Shown piece by piece: positions 46,983 through 57,240 of a stretch of 64,000 bases of DNA; positions within the stretch are counted from its first letter, which is position 1; the number at the start of each line of letters is the position of its first letter. This DNA comes from Eubacteriales bacterium (GTDB lineage: Bacteria; Bacillota; Clostridia; Oscillospirales; CAG-272). A program made the translations under genes and the position numbers. The DNA lies in NCBI GenBank assembly GCA_045632705.1, contig JAZQXE010000103.1, positions 381-64,380 of the forward strand, written 5' to 3'. Under the pieces are notes generated by a model. It was not told the origin of the DNA and searched no databases. It worked only from the letters and a program-made list of their open reading frames with translations.

Positions 46983-48266
46983 ATGAAAGAAACGCGTCTG
47001 ACGTTGAGTATAATCACTGTAATAGCATTGTTTTTGCTCGTTGTGATAACGGCAAAAGCTGACGGGGGACATAGACACTTGCTCTCACCGTCGTTTGATG
47101 TTCTTGCAAGTGAGAGTAAAAATATAAAGAGTAGCCTGGCGACCGAAAACGTAAAGTTCACTATCTCGGATTTCAGACAGTGGCTTGGCGTTTACGACGT
47201 TGAGAGTATAACGGTAACCAAAGCTCCAGAGGCGTCAAGCGGAGTTTTAAAGGTAGGCTCAATGACCGTTTACGACGGGCAGAAAATAGAGGCGTCGCTC
47301 ATTCCTATGCTTGAGTTCGTTGCTTATCACGACGACCTTGAAGTTGCCACGTTTTCCTTTTGCGGAGACGACGGCACCAGCGGTACGGAGCTGGTCTGTA
47401 CCATGCGTTTGCTCTACGAGGTGAATTACGCTCCGAGCGCCTCGGAGGTAAACGAGAACAGACTCAACGTCTTTGCAGTGTCAGGCAGAAGCATCGGAGG
47501 CAGTGTCAGCGCCTCGGACCCCGAGGGCGACGAGCTCTTTTTTGAGATAACGAAATATACCGAACACGGAAACGTCAGATTCGTTGATAAGGAGCACGGA
47601 GGATACGTGTACGTTCCGAATAAATATTACGTCGGTACTGACGGCTTTGAATACGTAGTGAGAGACGAATACGGCAACTATACCGAGTGCGTGCGAGTGA
47701 ATATAACGGTGAGCGGGGACTCCTACTCGACCGATATCGTTGATATGGATGACTCGTATTATCAATCAGCCGCCACCGTAATGCTCCGAGAAGGTATCTT
47801 GACGGCAAAGGTCAGGGGAGGGAGTGTAATATTTGAGCCGAGCGCGCGTATGAGCAGGGCGGAATTTGTTGTTTGTGCAATGAAAGCGGCAGGCATCGGA
47901 AAAACCGAAATAATAGAGAGCGTCGGAAAGATAAAAGAACTCAGCGAGGAGCAGATGGGATACGTCAGCGCCGCTCTCAAGCTCGGATACGTCACCTCGG
48001 AATTTATAGACGGGATACTCAAGGATATAACGAGATCGGAGGCGGCACTCGTGCTTTCGCGTCTGTGCGGATATGAAAAGAGCGGTGAGTGTATTTCCGT
48101 TTTCGCAGATTACGATGCGGTAAACAAAGAGCATATAAGAGCCGTCGGAGCTATGTACGAGCAGGGAATATTTGAGCTGATAGACGGCAAGCTCTCGCCA
48201 AATGCGCTCCTTACCAAAGAGGATTGCGCACGAATGCTCTACAAATATATGAGCATATATAAATGA
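46983..48266 (+). CDS. secreted surface protein with cadherin/Ig-like domain and three SLH-like repeats
   Basis: A signal peptide is present. ASDPEGDELFFEITKYTEHGNVRF...YVPNKYYVGTDGFEYVVRDEYGN forms the cadherin/Ig-like domain. Three C-terminal repeats (YYQSAATVMLREGIL, MGYVSAALKLGYV, HIRAVGAMYEQGIF) are SLH-like. Confidence 0.7.
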   Translation: MKETRLTLSIITVIALFLLVVITAKADGGHRHLLSPSFDVLASESKNIKSSLATENVKFTISDFRQWLGVYDVESITVTKAPEASSGVLKVGSMTVYDGQKIEASLIPMLEFVAYHDDLEVATFSFCGDDGTSGTELVCTMRLLYEVNYAPSASEVNENRLNVFAVSGRSIGGSVSASDPEGDELFFEITKYTEHGNVRFVDKEHGGYVYVPNKYYVGTDGFEYVVRDEYGNYTECVRVNITVSGDSYSTDIVDMDDSYYQSAATVMLREGILTAKVRGGSVIFEPSARMSRAEFVVCAMKAAGIGKTEIIESVGKIKELSEEQMGYVSAALKLGYVTSEFIDGILKDITRSEAALVLSRLCGYEKSGECISVFADYDAVNKEHIRAVGAMYEQGIFELIDGKLSPNALLTKEDCARMLYKYMSIYK

Positions 48267-48270
48267 AAAA

Positions 48271-48312
48271 AAGCAGTCTAAAACGAATAAAATTCGTTTT
48301 AGACTGCTTTTT
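48271..48312. terminator. bidirectional terminator
   Basis: AAGCAGTCTAAAACGAAT-aaa-ATTCGTTTTAGACTGCTT flanked by an A-run and a T-run. Confidence 0.85.
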
Positions 48313-48316
48313 ACTG

Positions 48317-49684
48317 TCATAATTCTTCTATATTTGCGATAATTCCGTAGTCTGCATAGTCGAATATGCGAGCTTCCTTGTCCGGATTTACGGCTATTAT
48401 CGTTTGTGCGCCTTCTATTGCGCAGGTATGATGTACGGCTCCCGAAATGCCCACGGCAACGTATATCTTCGGACTTACCGTCTTTCCCGTGAGTCCGACC
48501 TGTTGCTCGTACGGAGCTTTACCCATATCAACGAGTCCTCTTGAGGCTGCCGTCTCCGCACCGATGGCTGATGCTATCTCGCTTGCTTTTTCAAGGCAAG
48601 CCGCCGCTCCCTTACCAAGTCCGAGCATAACGGACGATGATTGCGACTGCGTTCTTACCGTTGCCATTTTAGGCGTGGTCGTACATTTTATCTTTGCGCT
48701 GACCGAGCCGCTTCTGGCAGGTCGGTACATATAGAATTCTCCGTTTTCTATCTCGAGTTGTGTGCAATCCGCACAGAGTCCCGTGTTGAGCAGTGCCTGT
48801 ACGATAGGAGCGTGGTTTCGTCCCCACAGGTCTGCCTTCCAGAGTACGACCTCGTCGTCTTTTATCTTTTCTGCGATAACTGCGGGTGAGGTCTCCTCGA
48901 TCACCTTGACGCGTTCAGCGATAGAATAGCCGACAGACTCCATATCGCGACCGATAACGGTAACCTCAGGTAGCTTTTCCTTGTCAGCGGAGCTTTCCTG
49001 CGCCTTCTTTTGCTCGTCTTCCTTTTTCTTCAGCTCTTCTATGAGAGAATAAAACTCCGACTTGTCTATCCATTTTACGCGTCTTCTGCCTGCCGTATTT
49101 TCAAAGCACTTGATAACTACGGTAGGAGAGCCGCCAAGACCGCATCTCTTGCGATCCACACCGATATCGTCGGCAGAAAGCACCCGCAAGGCGTCCTCGC
49201 GCACGCGCGAGCGGATACTGTAAAAACGCAGGTTGTGAATTCTCTCCACCGTCAAGAGAGCAGGGAAAGAATAGCTTTGCTCGCCTTCTCTTGTAAGACA
49301 GCTCGTATCCGAGACGTAGCCCATTACGTTGGTAACGAGCTCCGTATTCAGCATAGTCGACAGACACGGACCTACCTGAGCCGTATCTCCGTCAATGCTT
49401 TGTCTTCCGCAGAGAATGAGGTCGGGCATATTGCCCCTGAGATATTCGGAGAGTATGTAGGAGGTAGCGAGCGTGTCAGAGCCTGCAAAGACGCTGTCGC
49501 AGAGCATAACGATCTCCTTTACGGGAAGACGCGTCATCTGTAACAAATTTTCCTTGCAGGAGGGAGGGGACATAGTGAGTACGCTTACCTCTGCGTCGGG
49601 GATGCGCAGAGCGTATTCAAGGGCGCTGGCATCAAAGGGATTCAACTCTCCCGAGCAGTATTTAACGCAAACGGTTATCTTCAT
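48317..49684 (-). CDS. fused electron-transfer flavoprotein (EtfB-like N-half, EtfA-like C-half)
   Basis: The N-terminus MKITVCVKY...NPFDASALEYALRI...GRQSIDGDTAQVGP is EtfB-like. The C-terminus PKIYVAVGISGAVHHTCAIEGAQTIIAVNPDKEARIF is the EtfA FAD domain. Confidence 0.8.
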   Translation of the reverse strand: MKITVCVKYCSGELNPFDASALEYALRIPDAEVSVLTMSPPSCKENLLQMTRLPVKEIVMLCDSVFAGSDTLATSYILSEYLRGNMPDLILCGRQSIDGDTAQVGPCLSTMLNTELVTNVMGYVSDTSCLTREGEQSYSFPALLTVERIHNLRFYSIRSRVREDALRVLSADDIGVDRKRCGLGGSPTVVIKCFENTAGRRRVKWIDKSEFYSLIEELKKKEDEQKKAQESSADKEKLPEVTVIGRDMESVGYSIAERVKVIEETSPAVIAEKIKDDEVVLWKADLWGRNHAPIVQALLNTGLCADCTQLEIENGEFYMYRPARSGSVSAKIKCTTTPKMATVRTQSQSSSVMLGLGKGAAACLEKASEIASAIGAETAASRGLVDMGKAPYEQQVGLTGKTVSPKIYVAVGISGAVHHTCAIEGAQTIIAVNPDKEARIFDYADYGIIANIEEL

Positions 49685-49699
49685 AAAAGCTCCTCTGCT

Positions 49700-51175
49700 T
49701 TAAATGGTGTATTTGTGGTACACTTCAGCCATAGCGTCGTGTATCGCCTTATATTTCTCATAGAGCTTCTCGTAGGTCGCGGTGTTATCGGCGTTAGGTA
49801 TCGTCGTGCTTTCCTCGACCGTGCATTTGCCGATCGCATCCTCGTAGGAGGAGAAGAGCCCGGCACTCACGCCTGCCATCATAGCAGAGCCGAGGGAAGA
49901 ATCACTGTTGTTCTTCTTTACGAGCTTGATATTGAGCGCGTCAGCTACTATCTGTCTCCAAAGGGGAGAATACGAGCCGCCGCCGATTATCGCCGCAGAG
50001 TCGGCGTGGGGGATGCTTAGCTGCTCTATCTTCTTCTTGCAATCAAGCAGAGAAAGCGCAATGCCCTCCATTACGGCACGCGAAAAATGACCTTTTGTGT
50101 GAGAAAATCTGATTCCCGTGAAGCTGCCGCAGAGAAGCGGATCGGCGTACGGTGTCAGCTCACCGTTGAGGTAAGGATGATAGACCAGACCTTCCGAGCC
50201 GACGGGGACGCCCGCAGCACCGCGGTCAAGGTCTTTATAGTCCTCACCGAAGGTATCTCTGTACCAACGGTAAGAGGAAGCGCAAGCCTTCGTTGCAGTG
50301 CCGGGATACCAAAGTCCCTCGATAACGTGAGAGTAGTTTATTATATCTCTGTCACGGTAGGGCTTTTCGGTGATAATGCATATTCTGCCCGCCGTTGCGA
50401 GCTTTATCGTCATCTGTCCCGCTCCGACAGAACCTGAAGCGAGCACTTCCATAACTGTGTCGGTCGTACCGCAAAGTACCTTCGTGCCTGCGGCAAGTCC
50501 CGTGTCCGCTGCCGCCGCTTCCGTCACGTATCCCGCTACGTCGTCGGGACGAGCGAGAGTGGGGAGCTGGTCTCTAGAAATAGAGCCGATAGCGAGCAGA
50601 CGATCCGACCAGTCGAGAGTTTCGTAGTCAAAGAGCATACTTCCTTCAGCTTCGATGATATCCGTCAGAAAATCACCCGTGAGCTGATGGCGAACGTAGT
50701 CCTTTGCAAACATTATTCTCTTCGTGCGTGCCCAAACGTCAGGCTCGTTGTCTCTTACCCACATAAGCTGGGGAAGAGTCCATATCGTGTCGGGCGTGTG
50801 GAGCATTATGCTCTCGATCTCTTCCTTGTAGTTTTCCTTTAGGTACTTTACCTGCTCAATGCAGCGCGTGTCCGTCCAGTAGAGAGAACGTCTGACGGGT
50901 ACGAAATCCTCGCTTAGAAGAACTGCGGTGTGCGTTGCCGCGTCAAGGGAAATAGAGACGATATCCTTTGAGTCGATACCGCTTTTTTCAAGAATGGTCT
51001 TTATGTTGTATTTGGTAGCCGAGTACCAGTCGTTTGCATCCTGCTCGACTACGCCACCCGCTCCGGTGTAGCTTTCATATTCCTTTGAGGAGGTCGCGGC
51101 AATATTGCCGTCTTCTGCGAGAAGCGTCGCCTTTGAAGAACCTCCGCCAAAATCTATACCGAGTACGTATTTCAT
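49700..51175 (-). CDS. FGGY-family carbohydrate kinase (xylulokinase-like)
   Basis: YVLGIDFGGGSSKATLL, plus the C-terminal GGGSYSPLWRQIVADAL. Start refined to ATG 51175 with SD GGAG. Confidence 0.85.
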   Translation of the reverse strand: MKYVLGIDFGGGSSKATLLAEDGNIAATSSKEYESYTGAGGVVEQDANDWYSATKYNIKTILEKSGIDSKDIVSISLDAATHTAVLLSEDFVPVRRSLYWTDTRCIEQVKYLKENYKEEIESIMLHTPDTIWTLPQLMWVRDNEPDVWARTKRIMFAKDYVRHQLTGDFLTDIIEAEGSMLFDYETLDWSDRLLAIGSISRDQLPTLARPDDVAGYVTEAAAADTGLAAGTKVLCGTTDTVMEVLASGSVGAGQMTIKLATAGRICIITEKPYRDRDIINYSHVIEGLWYPGTATKACASSYRWYRDTFGEDYKDLDRGAAGVPVGSEGLVYHPYLNGELTPYADPLLCGSFTGIRFSHTKGHFSRAVMEGIALSLLDCKKKIEQLSIPHADSAAIIGGGSYSPLWRQIVADALNIKLVKKNNSDSSLGSAMMAGVSAGLFSSYEDAIGKCTVEESTTIPNADNTATYEKLYEKYKAIHDAMAEVYHKYTI

Positions 51176-51233
51176 TATTATCTCCGTATGCCGAGACAGC
51201 ACAGAAAATAGATATCTTCTGTGCTGTTGCGGT

Positions 51234-52112
51234 TTAGTTATTGAAAGTTATTTTATGAGAATAGTTGTATTCAGAGCTTGCGTCAAGAGCTATAATACCC
51301 TCTTTTTCGCTTATATCTCCCATAAAATCGGCAGGATCGCTGATTCCGTTCCAAGGCTCAATGCAGAAGAAGGGAGCGCCTACCACCGTCCAGAAGACGA
51401 GATAGGAGGACTCACACAGATCCACAGTAACGCTCTTTGAGTCGTGACGGTTTTTCAGACTTACCTCTTTTGACTTGAGGGGATGGAACATTACAGAGCC
51501 CGCCTCAAATTGCTCCGTAGTAAAAGAGAGAACGAGCTCTCCTCCGTCCTTGCGGGATACGGAACGCTGATCGATAGGAGTGAAAACGTCCGAGTAAACG
51601 GGTGCGTCCTCGTTTGCGTCAAATTCAAGATAATAGTCGCTGAGCGGATAGCTGAGCGCGTATCCCTCGTGTCCTCCGATCGAGAAATACATCTTGTCGG
51701 CGGTGAGGTTCTTTACCGTGTAGGTGGTATTGAGGGTGTTTTTGTCAAGACTGAATTTAACGTAAAGCTCATACTCAAAGGGATAGGATGCGAGAGTCTC
51801 GTCATCCGACTTTGAGAGAAAAACTATTTCACTGTCCTTTTGAGAGAAGACAGAAAACTCTTTAAAGCGGATATATCCGTGGCGTCCGAGCTTGTACTCC
51901 TTGCCGTTGTAGCGGTACGTATCGTCGTTGAGTCCGCCGCATACGGGGAAGAGAATGGGAGCGGTGCCGCCCCAAAAGGCAGGATCACCCTGCCAGATGA
52001 ATTCTTCCCCCTGTGCGTTTTTGACACTTTTTACGGTCGCACCGATGTTCGATACGCTGACGCTGATGATACCGTTGGATATCGTGCTTATTTGTTGAGC
52101 CATTTGTGGCAT
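51234..52112 (-). CDS. aldose 1-epimerase family protein
   Basis: FIWQGDPAFWGGTAPILFPVCGGL...GKEYKLGRHGYIR...FCIEPW. Confidence 0.8.
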   Translation of the reverse strand: MPQMAQQISTISNGIISVSVSNIGATVKSVKNAQGEEFIWQGDPAFWGGTAPILFPVCGGLNDDTYRYNGKEYKLGRHGYIRFKEFSVFSQKDSEIVFLSKSDDETLASYPFEYELYVKFSLDKNTLNTTYTVKNLTADKMYFSIGGHEGYALSYPLSDYYLEFDANEDAPVYSDVFTPIDQRSVSRKDGGELVLSFTTEQFEAGSVMFHPLKSKEVSLKNRHDSKSVTVDLCESSYLVFWTVVGAPFFCIEPWNGISDPADFMGDISEKEGIIALDASSEYNYSHKITFNN

Positions 52113-52885
52113 TCCTCCGTGGTCATAAAGAAGCCTCTGTTCTTACCGGCCATTATCCACAGATAGTAGTTTTCGTATCCGGGAGCAGCACAGAAAGGAT
52201 GGTAACCGCGGGGGATCTCGATGAAATCACCACTCTTGACGGTGTAAGTCTCGTCGATGTCGCCTTCCTTTGTATATACCTTCTGGATACCGAAGCCCTG
52301 GGGCTTGTCAAACTCGTAGTAATATACCTCCTCGAGTATACCCTCAGTAGGCATATTGTCGTCGTCATGCTTGTGAGGAGGGAAGGAAGCCCACTGTCCG
52401 CCGTGAACGAACGCCTCGCCGATGTAGATGAGGTCAGCCTCAACTCTCTCGTCGAGAATAAAGTGTGCCTGTCTTTCCCAACCGGGCTTGCCGAGATCCT
52501 TGATAATTACGTCCTCGGGCTTAACGAGTACTGCCTTGTGCTCGTTTACGGAGGGACACTTGGAAACGCTTATAACGACCTCGTCGCTTACTCCCTCGAT
52601 TACGAAAGGAGTGTTTGCGCCTACGTAAACGCAGGTAGCGGGACCGTCAAAAACGTTCTTTCTCTTACCGATGTTCTCAAATGCGAAATCAGCACCCTTT
52701 ACGCTGCAGCTTCCGCCGAGAATGATAATACCGTATTCCTTGTTTTCTTCGTTATACTTCTTGGACTCGCCTGCGCGGAGCTTTACCATATCTACCTCGA
52801 TCATATCGAGAGTAGAATTCTTTTTGGTTATGATCTCGCTCTTGGCGTAGTCGCCGTTCCAGCTCTTCTTATAATTCATATCCAT
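52088..52885 (-). CDS. iolB: 5-deoxy-glucuronate isomerase (IolB-like cupin)
   Basis: FPPHKHDDDNMPTEGILEEVYYYEF...GFGIQKVYT...IPRGYHPFCAAPGYENYYLWIMAG parallels B. subtilis IolB. Confidence 0.7.
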   Translation of the reverse strand: MDMNYKKSWNGDYAKSEIITKKNSTLDMIEVDMVKLRAGESKKYNEENKEYGIIILGGSCSVKGADFAFENIGKRKNVFDGPATCVYVGANTPFVIEGVSDEVVISVSKCPSVNEHKAVLVKPEDVIIKDLGKPGWERQAHFILDERVEADLIYIGEAFVHGGQWASFPPHKHDDDNMPTEGILEEVYYYEFDKPQGFGIQKVYTKEGDIDETYTVKSGDFIEIPRGYHPFCAAPGYENYYLWIMAGKNRGFFMTTEECHKWLNK

Positions 52886-53780
52886 TCTCCTTTAAATATT
52901 TTTGTACCGTTTCAAGATCCGGTACGCTTTCTCTTGCGCCTATTCCCATGCATTTGATAGCGGATACGGCACTTGAGAAGATACAACACTTATAGTAATC
53001 GTCGTAAACGGTGCACGCGTAAGCGAACGCACCGTGGAAAACGTCTCCCGCGCCGTTGGAATCAACGACTTCGGCAGGAGTTGCAGGGTAGCTTCTTACC
53101 TCTTTACCGTCATAGATAACGCCGCCGCGCTTACCGCATGTGATGACTACCACCTCGGCGTTATATTCGTTATACATCCACTCGGAAGCTTCTTCAGCCG
53201 TAGCCTTGCCGCTTACGGCGAGTGAAAATTCTTCACTCGGAATGAGTATATCAACTAGAGGAAGGAGTCTTTCTACTCCCTCGTATCTTCCGCCTGCGTC
53301 GTAGAGCACCTTCGTGCCGACGGTATGAGCGTATTTTGCAGCCTCGATAGCACCCTCAAGGTCGTTTCCGTCAACCATGAGAACGTCACAGTCTGCAATT
53401 TCTTTTCTCTGTGCGTCGTCAAGTGACAGAGGAGGAACGTCTCCTCTGTCAAAGATGATAGTACGAGTTTTTTCAGCGGCAGAAAGCCATATCTGAGATA
53501 TAAAGGATCTGCGTCCCTTGTGAATTTTAATAAAGTCCGTCGAAACACCGTATTTTTCAAAGTCAGCCTTCAAAAAAGCACCGCCCGCATCATCGGAGAG
53601 ATTGCCGATGAACGAGCACTCTGCACCAAGCTTTGAAGCCGCAACGATTCCCGTTCCGGCAGGGCCGCCTCCGCAGGATTTCGTGCTCAGAGCTTTGATT
53701 TTCGTATCCTCCGTAGGATAACGGTCGAGGGATACGATAGTGTCCATTACGACGGCACCGATAGCCGTGATCTTACTCAT
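52869..53780 (-). CDS. PfkB-family sugar kinase (IolC/KdgK-like)
   Basis: GGGPAGTGIVAASKLGA ... DSNGAGDVFHGAFAYA. Confidence 0.85.
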   Translation of the reverse strand: MSKITAIGAVVMDTIVSLDRYPTEDTKIKALSTKSCGGGPAGTGIVAASKLGAECSFIGNLSDDAGGAFLKADFEKYGVSTDFIKIHKGRRSFISQIWLSAAEKTRTIIFDRGDVPPLSLDDAQRKEIADCDVLMVDGNDLEGAIEAAKYAHTVGTKVLYDAGGRYEGVERLLPLVDILIPSEEFSLAVSGKATAEEASEWMYNEYNAEVVVITCGKRGGVIYDGKEVRSYPATPAEVVDSNGAGDVFHGAFAYACTVYDDYYKCCIFSSAVSAIKCMGIGARESVPDLETVQKYLKENGYEL

Positions 53781-54613
53781 GCCTTGCCCTCTGCGCCGCA
53801 GAGACGGATCTTTTCAATGCAGAACTCCGTGGTCTTCTTGATAGGCTCCTTCATAAAGTTGTCAACGGCGATAACTCTTTCGGGAAGCTTGAACATTTCT
53901 TCAACTGCGTCAAGGAACGTATAGCATACGTCCGTTGCAAAGTTGATCTTGCGGATACCGCAGTGGATCGCCGCCTTTATCTCCTCGTCGGGAATGCCCG
54001 AGCCGCCGTGAAGAACGAGAGGAGTGTTGGTAGCCTCGGAGATAGCCTTTACTCTGTCTATATCGAGCTTGGGAGGCTTTTTGTATCTTCCGTGAGCGTT
54101 TCCTACGAGAACTGCAAGAGCACTGACACCCGTCTTTTCAACGAATTCCTTTGCCTCGGATACGTTTGTAAACTCGTCCATGGAGTCGTCGTTTACCGTA
54201 CCAACGTGACCAAGCTCACCCTCAACGCCTATACCGATGTGATTGCAGGTATCTACTACGCGCTTGGTAAGAGCTATATTCTCCTCAAAGGGAAGAGCAG
54301 AGCCGTCGAGCATTATACCGGTAGCACCGTAACGAATGGAGCGAGTGGTCTCAAGCTCGGAGGGACCGTGGTCAAGGTGGAAGCATACGGGTACGCTTGC
54401 CTTTGCGGCAGCAGCGAGAATGGAGGGAGCGAGGAAATATCCGCACTCCTCCTTCATAAGTCTGGGATATACCTGCATAATGATGGGAGCCTTCGTAGCT
54501 TCAGCTGCGTTGAAGACTGCCATTACCGTTTCCATATTGTATACGTTGAATGCAGGGATAGCGAAATCACCCTTTTTGGCAATTTCAAGTATTTCTTTAA
54601 ATTCAACTAACAT
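53777..54613 (-). CDS. class II ketose-bisphosphate aldolase (FbaA/IolJ/tagatose-bisphosphate aldolase family)
   Basis: AIPAFNVYNME...PVCFHLDHG...LAVLVGNAHG...LVLHGGSGIPDEEI. Confidence 0.85.
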   Translation of the reverse strand: MLVEFKEILEIAKKGDFAIPAFNVYNMETVMAVFNAAEATKAPIIMQVYPRLMKEECGYFLAPSILAAAAKASVPVCFHLDHGPSELETTRSIRYGATGIMLDGSALPFEENIALTKRVVDTCNHIGIGVEGELGHVGTVNDDSMDEFTNVSEAKEFVEKTGVSALAVLVGNAHGRYKKPPKLDIDRVKAISEATNTPLVLHGGSGIPDEEIKAAIHCGIRKINFATDVCYTFLDAVEEMFKLPERVIAVDNFMKEPIKKTTEFCIEKIRLCGAEGKA

Positions 54614-54640
54614 AGCCTGTTACTCCTCTGTAAAAAGGAT

Positions 54641-55735
54641 TTATGCAAGGTGAGCGAGAACGAGCTGCTCGAGCGTGAATATCTTCTTGCCCTCGGGCTT
54701 GTTTTCGTTCATCTTTGCGTATTCGCTAACGGAAGCACATACGACACCGTCAGCACCGAGACGGCAGATATCTCCCCATCTGGACTGAGCGAGAAGGTCC
54801 TGCGTAGCATTGTTGTAGGTGTTCATAATGAGGTTGCCTGCAAACATGGTAGCCTTGCCGTGAAGCATAAGCTCGTCAAGGTTAGCGCAAGCGTTGATGA
54901 TGTCTCTTGCAGGCTGAGTTTCGTCAAGCTCACGAGCGAGAAGCGCGGGATCCTGATATGCGAGCTTGCAGGAGCACTTGTTGAGATTGTACTTTCCGTT
55001 TGCAACGAGGTCAGCGAGGTAGGACGAGAAGGTAACGACGTTAGCCGTGATCTCAATGCCCCACTCCTTGTACTGACGGATGAAGGTCTTTGCGTCTGCA
55101 GGATCGTATACTACTACGGTCTTGTAGCCGTTGAGGGTCTTAGCACACTCTGCCATGATAGCCTTGGTCTCTTCTACGGCACCAATAAGGGTATCAAAGC
55201 TGTATCCGGAATCGGGCTCGTTTTCAAGAACGGTGAACTCTACCTTTGCAGCGTCGAGTACCTTTACTGCCTCAGAAGCGCAATTTCCAACGAGGTAACG
55301 AGCGTCAGCACCGAGGAAGAGAAGTGTATCGGTCGCCTTTGCGTGTGCCTTTGCAGCGTCAGCTACAGCTGAGTCAAGCTCGGCACCGTAAATGTTGCCC
55401 TTTGCGTCGAAGTTGTCAATAAGAGCGTTGATGTAGTCGGGAGTCTTGCCCTCGAGAGCAGCGTTTGCTCTAACTTCCTTTACGAATACGATGGGATCAA
55501 ATCCCGTGCAGCAGTCGTTCGTGCATCCGCCGCAAAGCGTGCACTCGTACATATTGTCGATGATATCGGGGGTGATCTCGGTAGCGTTTCTCATTGCGAG
55601 AGAGAGAACGAGAGCTCTTGCTCTTGCAGTGTTTCTCTCCTGTCCCGTAACGTTTCCGACGGGGCAGATGTGATGGCACATCCAGCAGAAACGGCAGTTA
55701 TCTATAATGTGCTTAGAATTCTGTGAAAAGTTCAT
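54641..55735 (-). CDS. (Fe-S)-binding oxidoreductase subunit (GlcF/LutA-like)
   Basis: Two ferredoxin-like clusters are present: CRFCWMCHHICP and CTLCGGCTNDCC. Confidence 0.7.
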   Translation of the reverse strand: MNFSQNSKHIIDNCRFCWMCHHICPVGNVTGQERNTARARALVLSLAMRNATEITPDIIDNMYECTLCGGCTNDCCTGFDPIVFVKEVRANAALEGKTPDYINALIDNFDAKGNIYGAELDSAVADAAKAHAKATDTLLFLGADARYLVGNCASEAVKVLDAAKVEFTVLENEPDSGYSFDTLIGAVEETKAIMAECAKTLNGYKTVVVYDPADAKTFIRQYKEWGIEITANVVTFSSYLADLVANGKYNLNKCSCKLAYQDPALLARELDETQPARDIINACANLDELMLHGKATMFAGNLIMNTYNNATQDLLAQSRWGDICRLGADGVVCASVSEYAKMNENKPEGKKIFTLEQLVLAHLA

Positions 55736-55758
55736 TATCTATTCCTCCTTATAAAGCA

Positions 55759-57177
55759 TTAAAGTCCGAGCTTGAAGGGGTTCATGATACCGTTGGGGTC
55801 AAGCTCCTTCTTGATGCCGGTAAATACCTGCATTGCAGGGCCATACTGTTCCTTCATGAGACGTCCGAGCTTGATACCTACGCCGTGGTGGTCGTTTACG
55901 ACACCGCCGTTTGCGAGAGCCGTGCGGACACCCGTCGTCCAGATAGCCTGGTGGAGTCTGAGAGCCTCGTGAGGATCCTGAGGAGGATTGTCAACGATGA
56001 AGCGGTCGTAAACCATTGCACCCCACTCGTACCAGTGAGAGAAGTGAGCGATGAACTTAGCCTGCGGGAAGTTGGTCTCGATAGCTTCTTTCATTGCCCA
56101 GTAGATCTTTTCGATCTTTCCGAAAGGAGCGATAGTGTCCATCGTACCGAACATCTGGGGGAGGTCCATCATGTGACCGGGATAGAAGAAGGTGATCTTT
56201 TCTTCCCACCACTTCTTACCGTACTCGGAGCCGAGGTCTTCAGCACCGTACTTTGCAAAGGTCTCGAGAAGGATCTTTTCTTCAAGCTCTACCATTTCGC
56301 TAACGCCCTCGTAAGCAACGTTCATAAATGCACCCTCACGCTCAACGCCGACGATCTTCTTGATCAGAGAAGCGGTCTCGGCAGGGTCGTAAAGACGCAT
56401 AACGGAGGGCTTGAACTTCTGGAGAAGCTCTCTTGCAGCCTGGAATGCACCCGTCATATCTTTGAAGAGGAATCCACGGAAGCGTCTTTCCTCGGGCATA
56501 TCGTATATACGCATCTGAGCCTTAGTCATAACGCCGAGAGTACCTTCACTACCGATAAAGATCTGGTTGAGGTCGGGGCCGGCTGCGTGCTTGGGAGCGG
56601 GAGAGGTCTCGATGATATCACCGTTGGGGAGAACGACCTCCATCTGAAGTACCATATCGTCTATCTTACCGTACTTGGTAGAAACGACACCGATACCTCT
56701 GTGAGCGAGGAAGCCTCCGACGGTAGAGCAGGTGAGAGAAGAAGGATAGTGCATGGTTGCCTTGCCTACTTCATTTGCTGCCCACTCAATGTGCTTGTAT
56801 ATAGCACCCGTGCCGCACTCGATGTACATGCCCTCGGTATTTACGTCGTAGATCTTGTTCATTCTCTTGGTATCGAGAAGGATACCTCCGCAAACGGGAA
56901 TAGCACCACCCTGGGTTCCGCCGCCTGCACCCCAAGTAGTTACGGGGATCTTGTAGTAGTTAGCTATCTTGAGAACGGCGCTAACCTCTTTTGCATCTTT
57001 GGGGGAAACTATGTACTCAGCCTCGGGCATACGGAGTCCTCTGTCGGACCACATACGAGAGAGCCAGTAATAGTCAACGCCGTGCGTCATTTTGTCAACT
57101 TCACGCGTTGAGCAGTTTTCGCGTCCTACCGCATCTTCAAGCTCGGTAAGGATCATGTCAAAAAGAAAATCAGTCAT
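55759..57177 (-). CDS. FAD-linked oxidase (GlcD/D-lactate dehydrogenase family)
   Basis: PVTTWGAGGGTQGGAIPVCGGILLDTKRMNKI, plus the C-terminal HHGVGIKLGRLM. Confidence 0.85.
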   Translation of the reverse strand: MTDFLFDMILTELEDAVGRENCSTREVDKMTHGVDYYWLSRMWSDRGLRMPEAEYIVSPKDAKEVSAVLKIANYYKIPVTTWGAGGGTQGGAIPVCGGILLDTKRMNKIYDVNTEGMYIECGTGAIYKHIEWAANEVGKATMHYPSSLTCSTVGGFLAHRGIGVVSTKYGKIDDMVLQMEVVLPNGDIIETSPAPKHAAGPDLNQIFIGSEGTLGVMTKAQMRIYDMPEERRFRGFLFKDMTGAFQAARELLQKFKPSVMRLYDPAETASLIKKIVGVEREGAFMNVAYEGVSEMVELEEKILLETFAKYGAEDLGSEYGKKWWEEKITFFYPGHMMDLPQMFGTMDTIAPFGKIEKIYWAMKEAIETNFPQAKFIAHFSHWYEWGAMVYDRFIVDNPPQDPHEALRLHQAIWTTGVRTALANGGVVNDHHGVGIKLGRLMKEQYGPAMQVFTGIKKELDPNGIMNPFKLGL

Positions 57178-57240
57178 TTTTCTTCTCCTTGTTTTTTGAA
57201 TATATTTTTATTTTTTTATAATCTGTTTGAAGTGCGCAAA

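Noticed and set aside
55723-57111. 462-aa plus-strand ORF, together with other long plus-strand ORFs at 52106-52957, 53963-54610 and 54650-55372
   Set aside because: They are exactly antisense to minus-strand genes with clear family signatures (FAD oxidase, IolB/PfkB, aldolase, Fe-S protein). Their translations are V/L/R/S-rich with no motifs and no SD. These are typical shadow ORFs.
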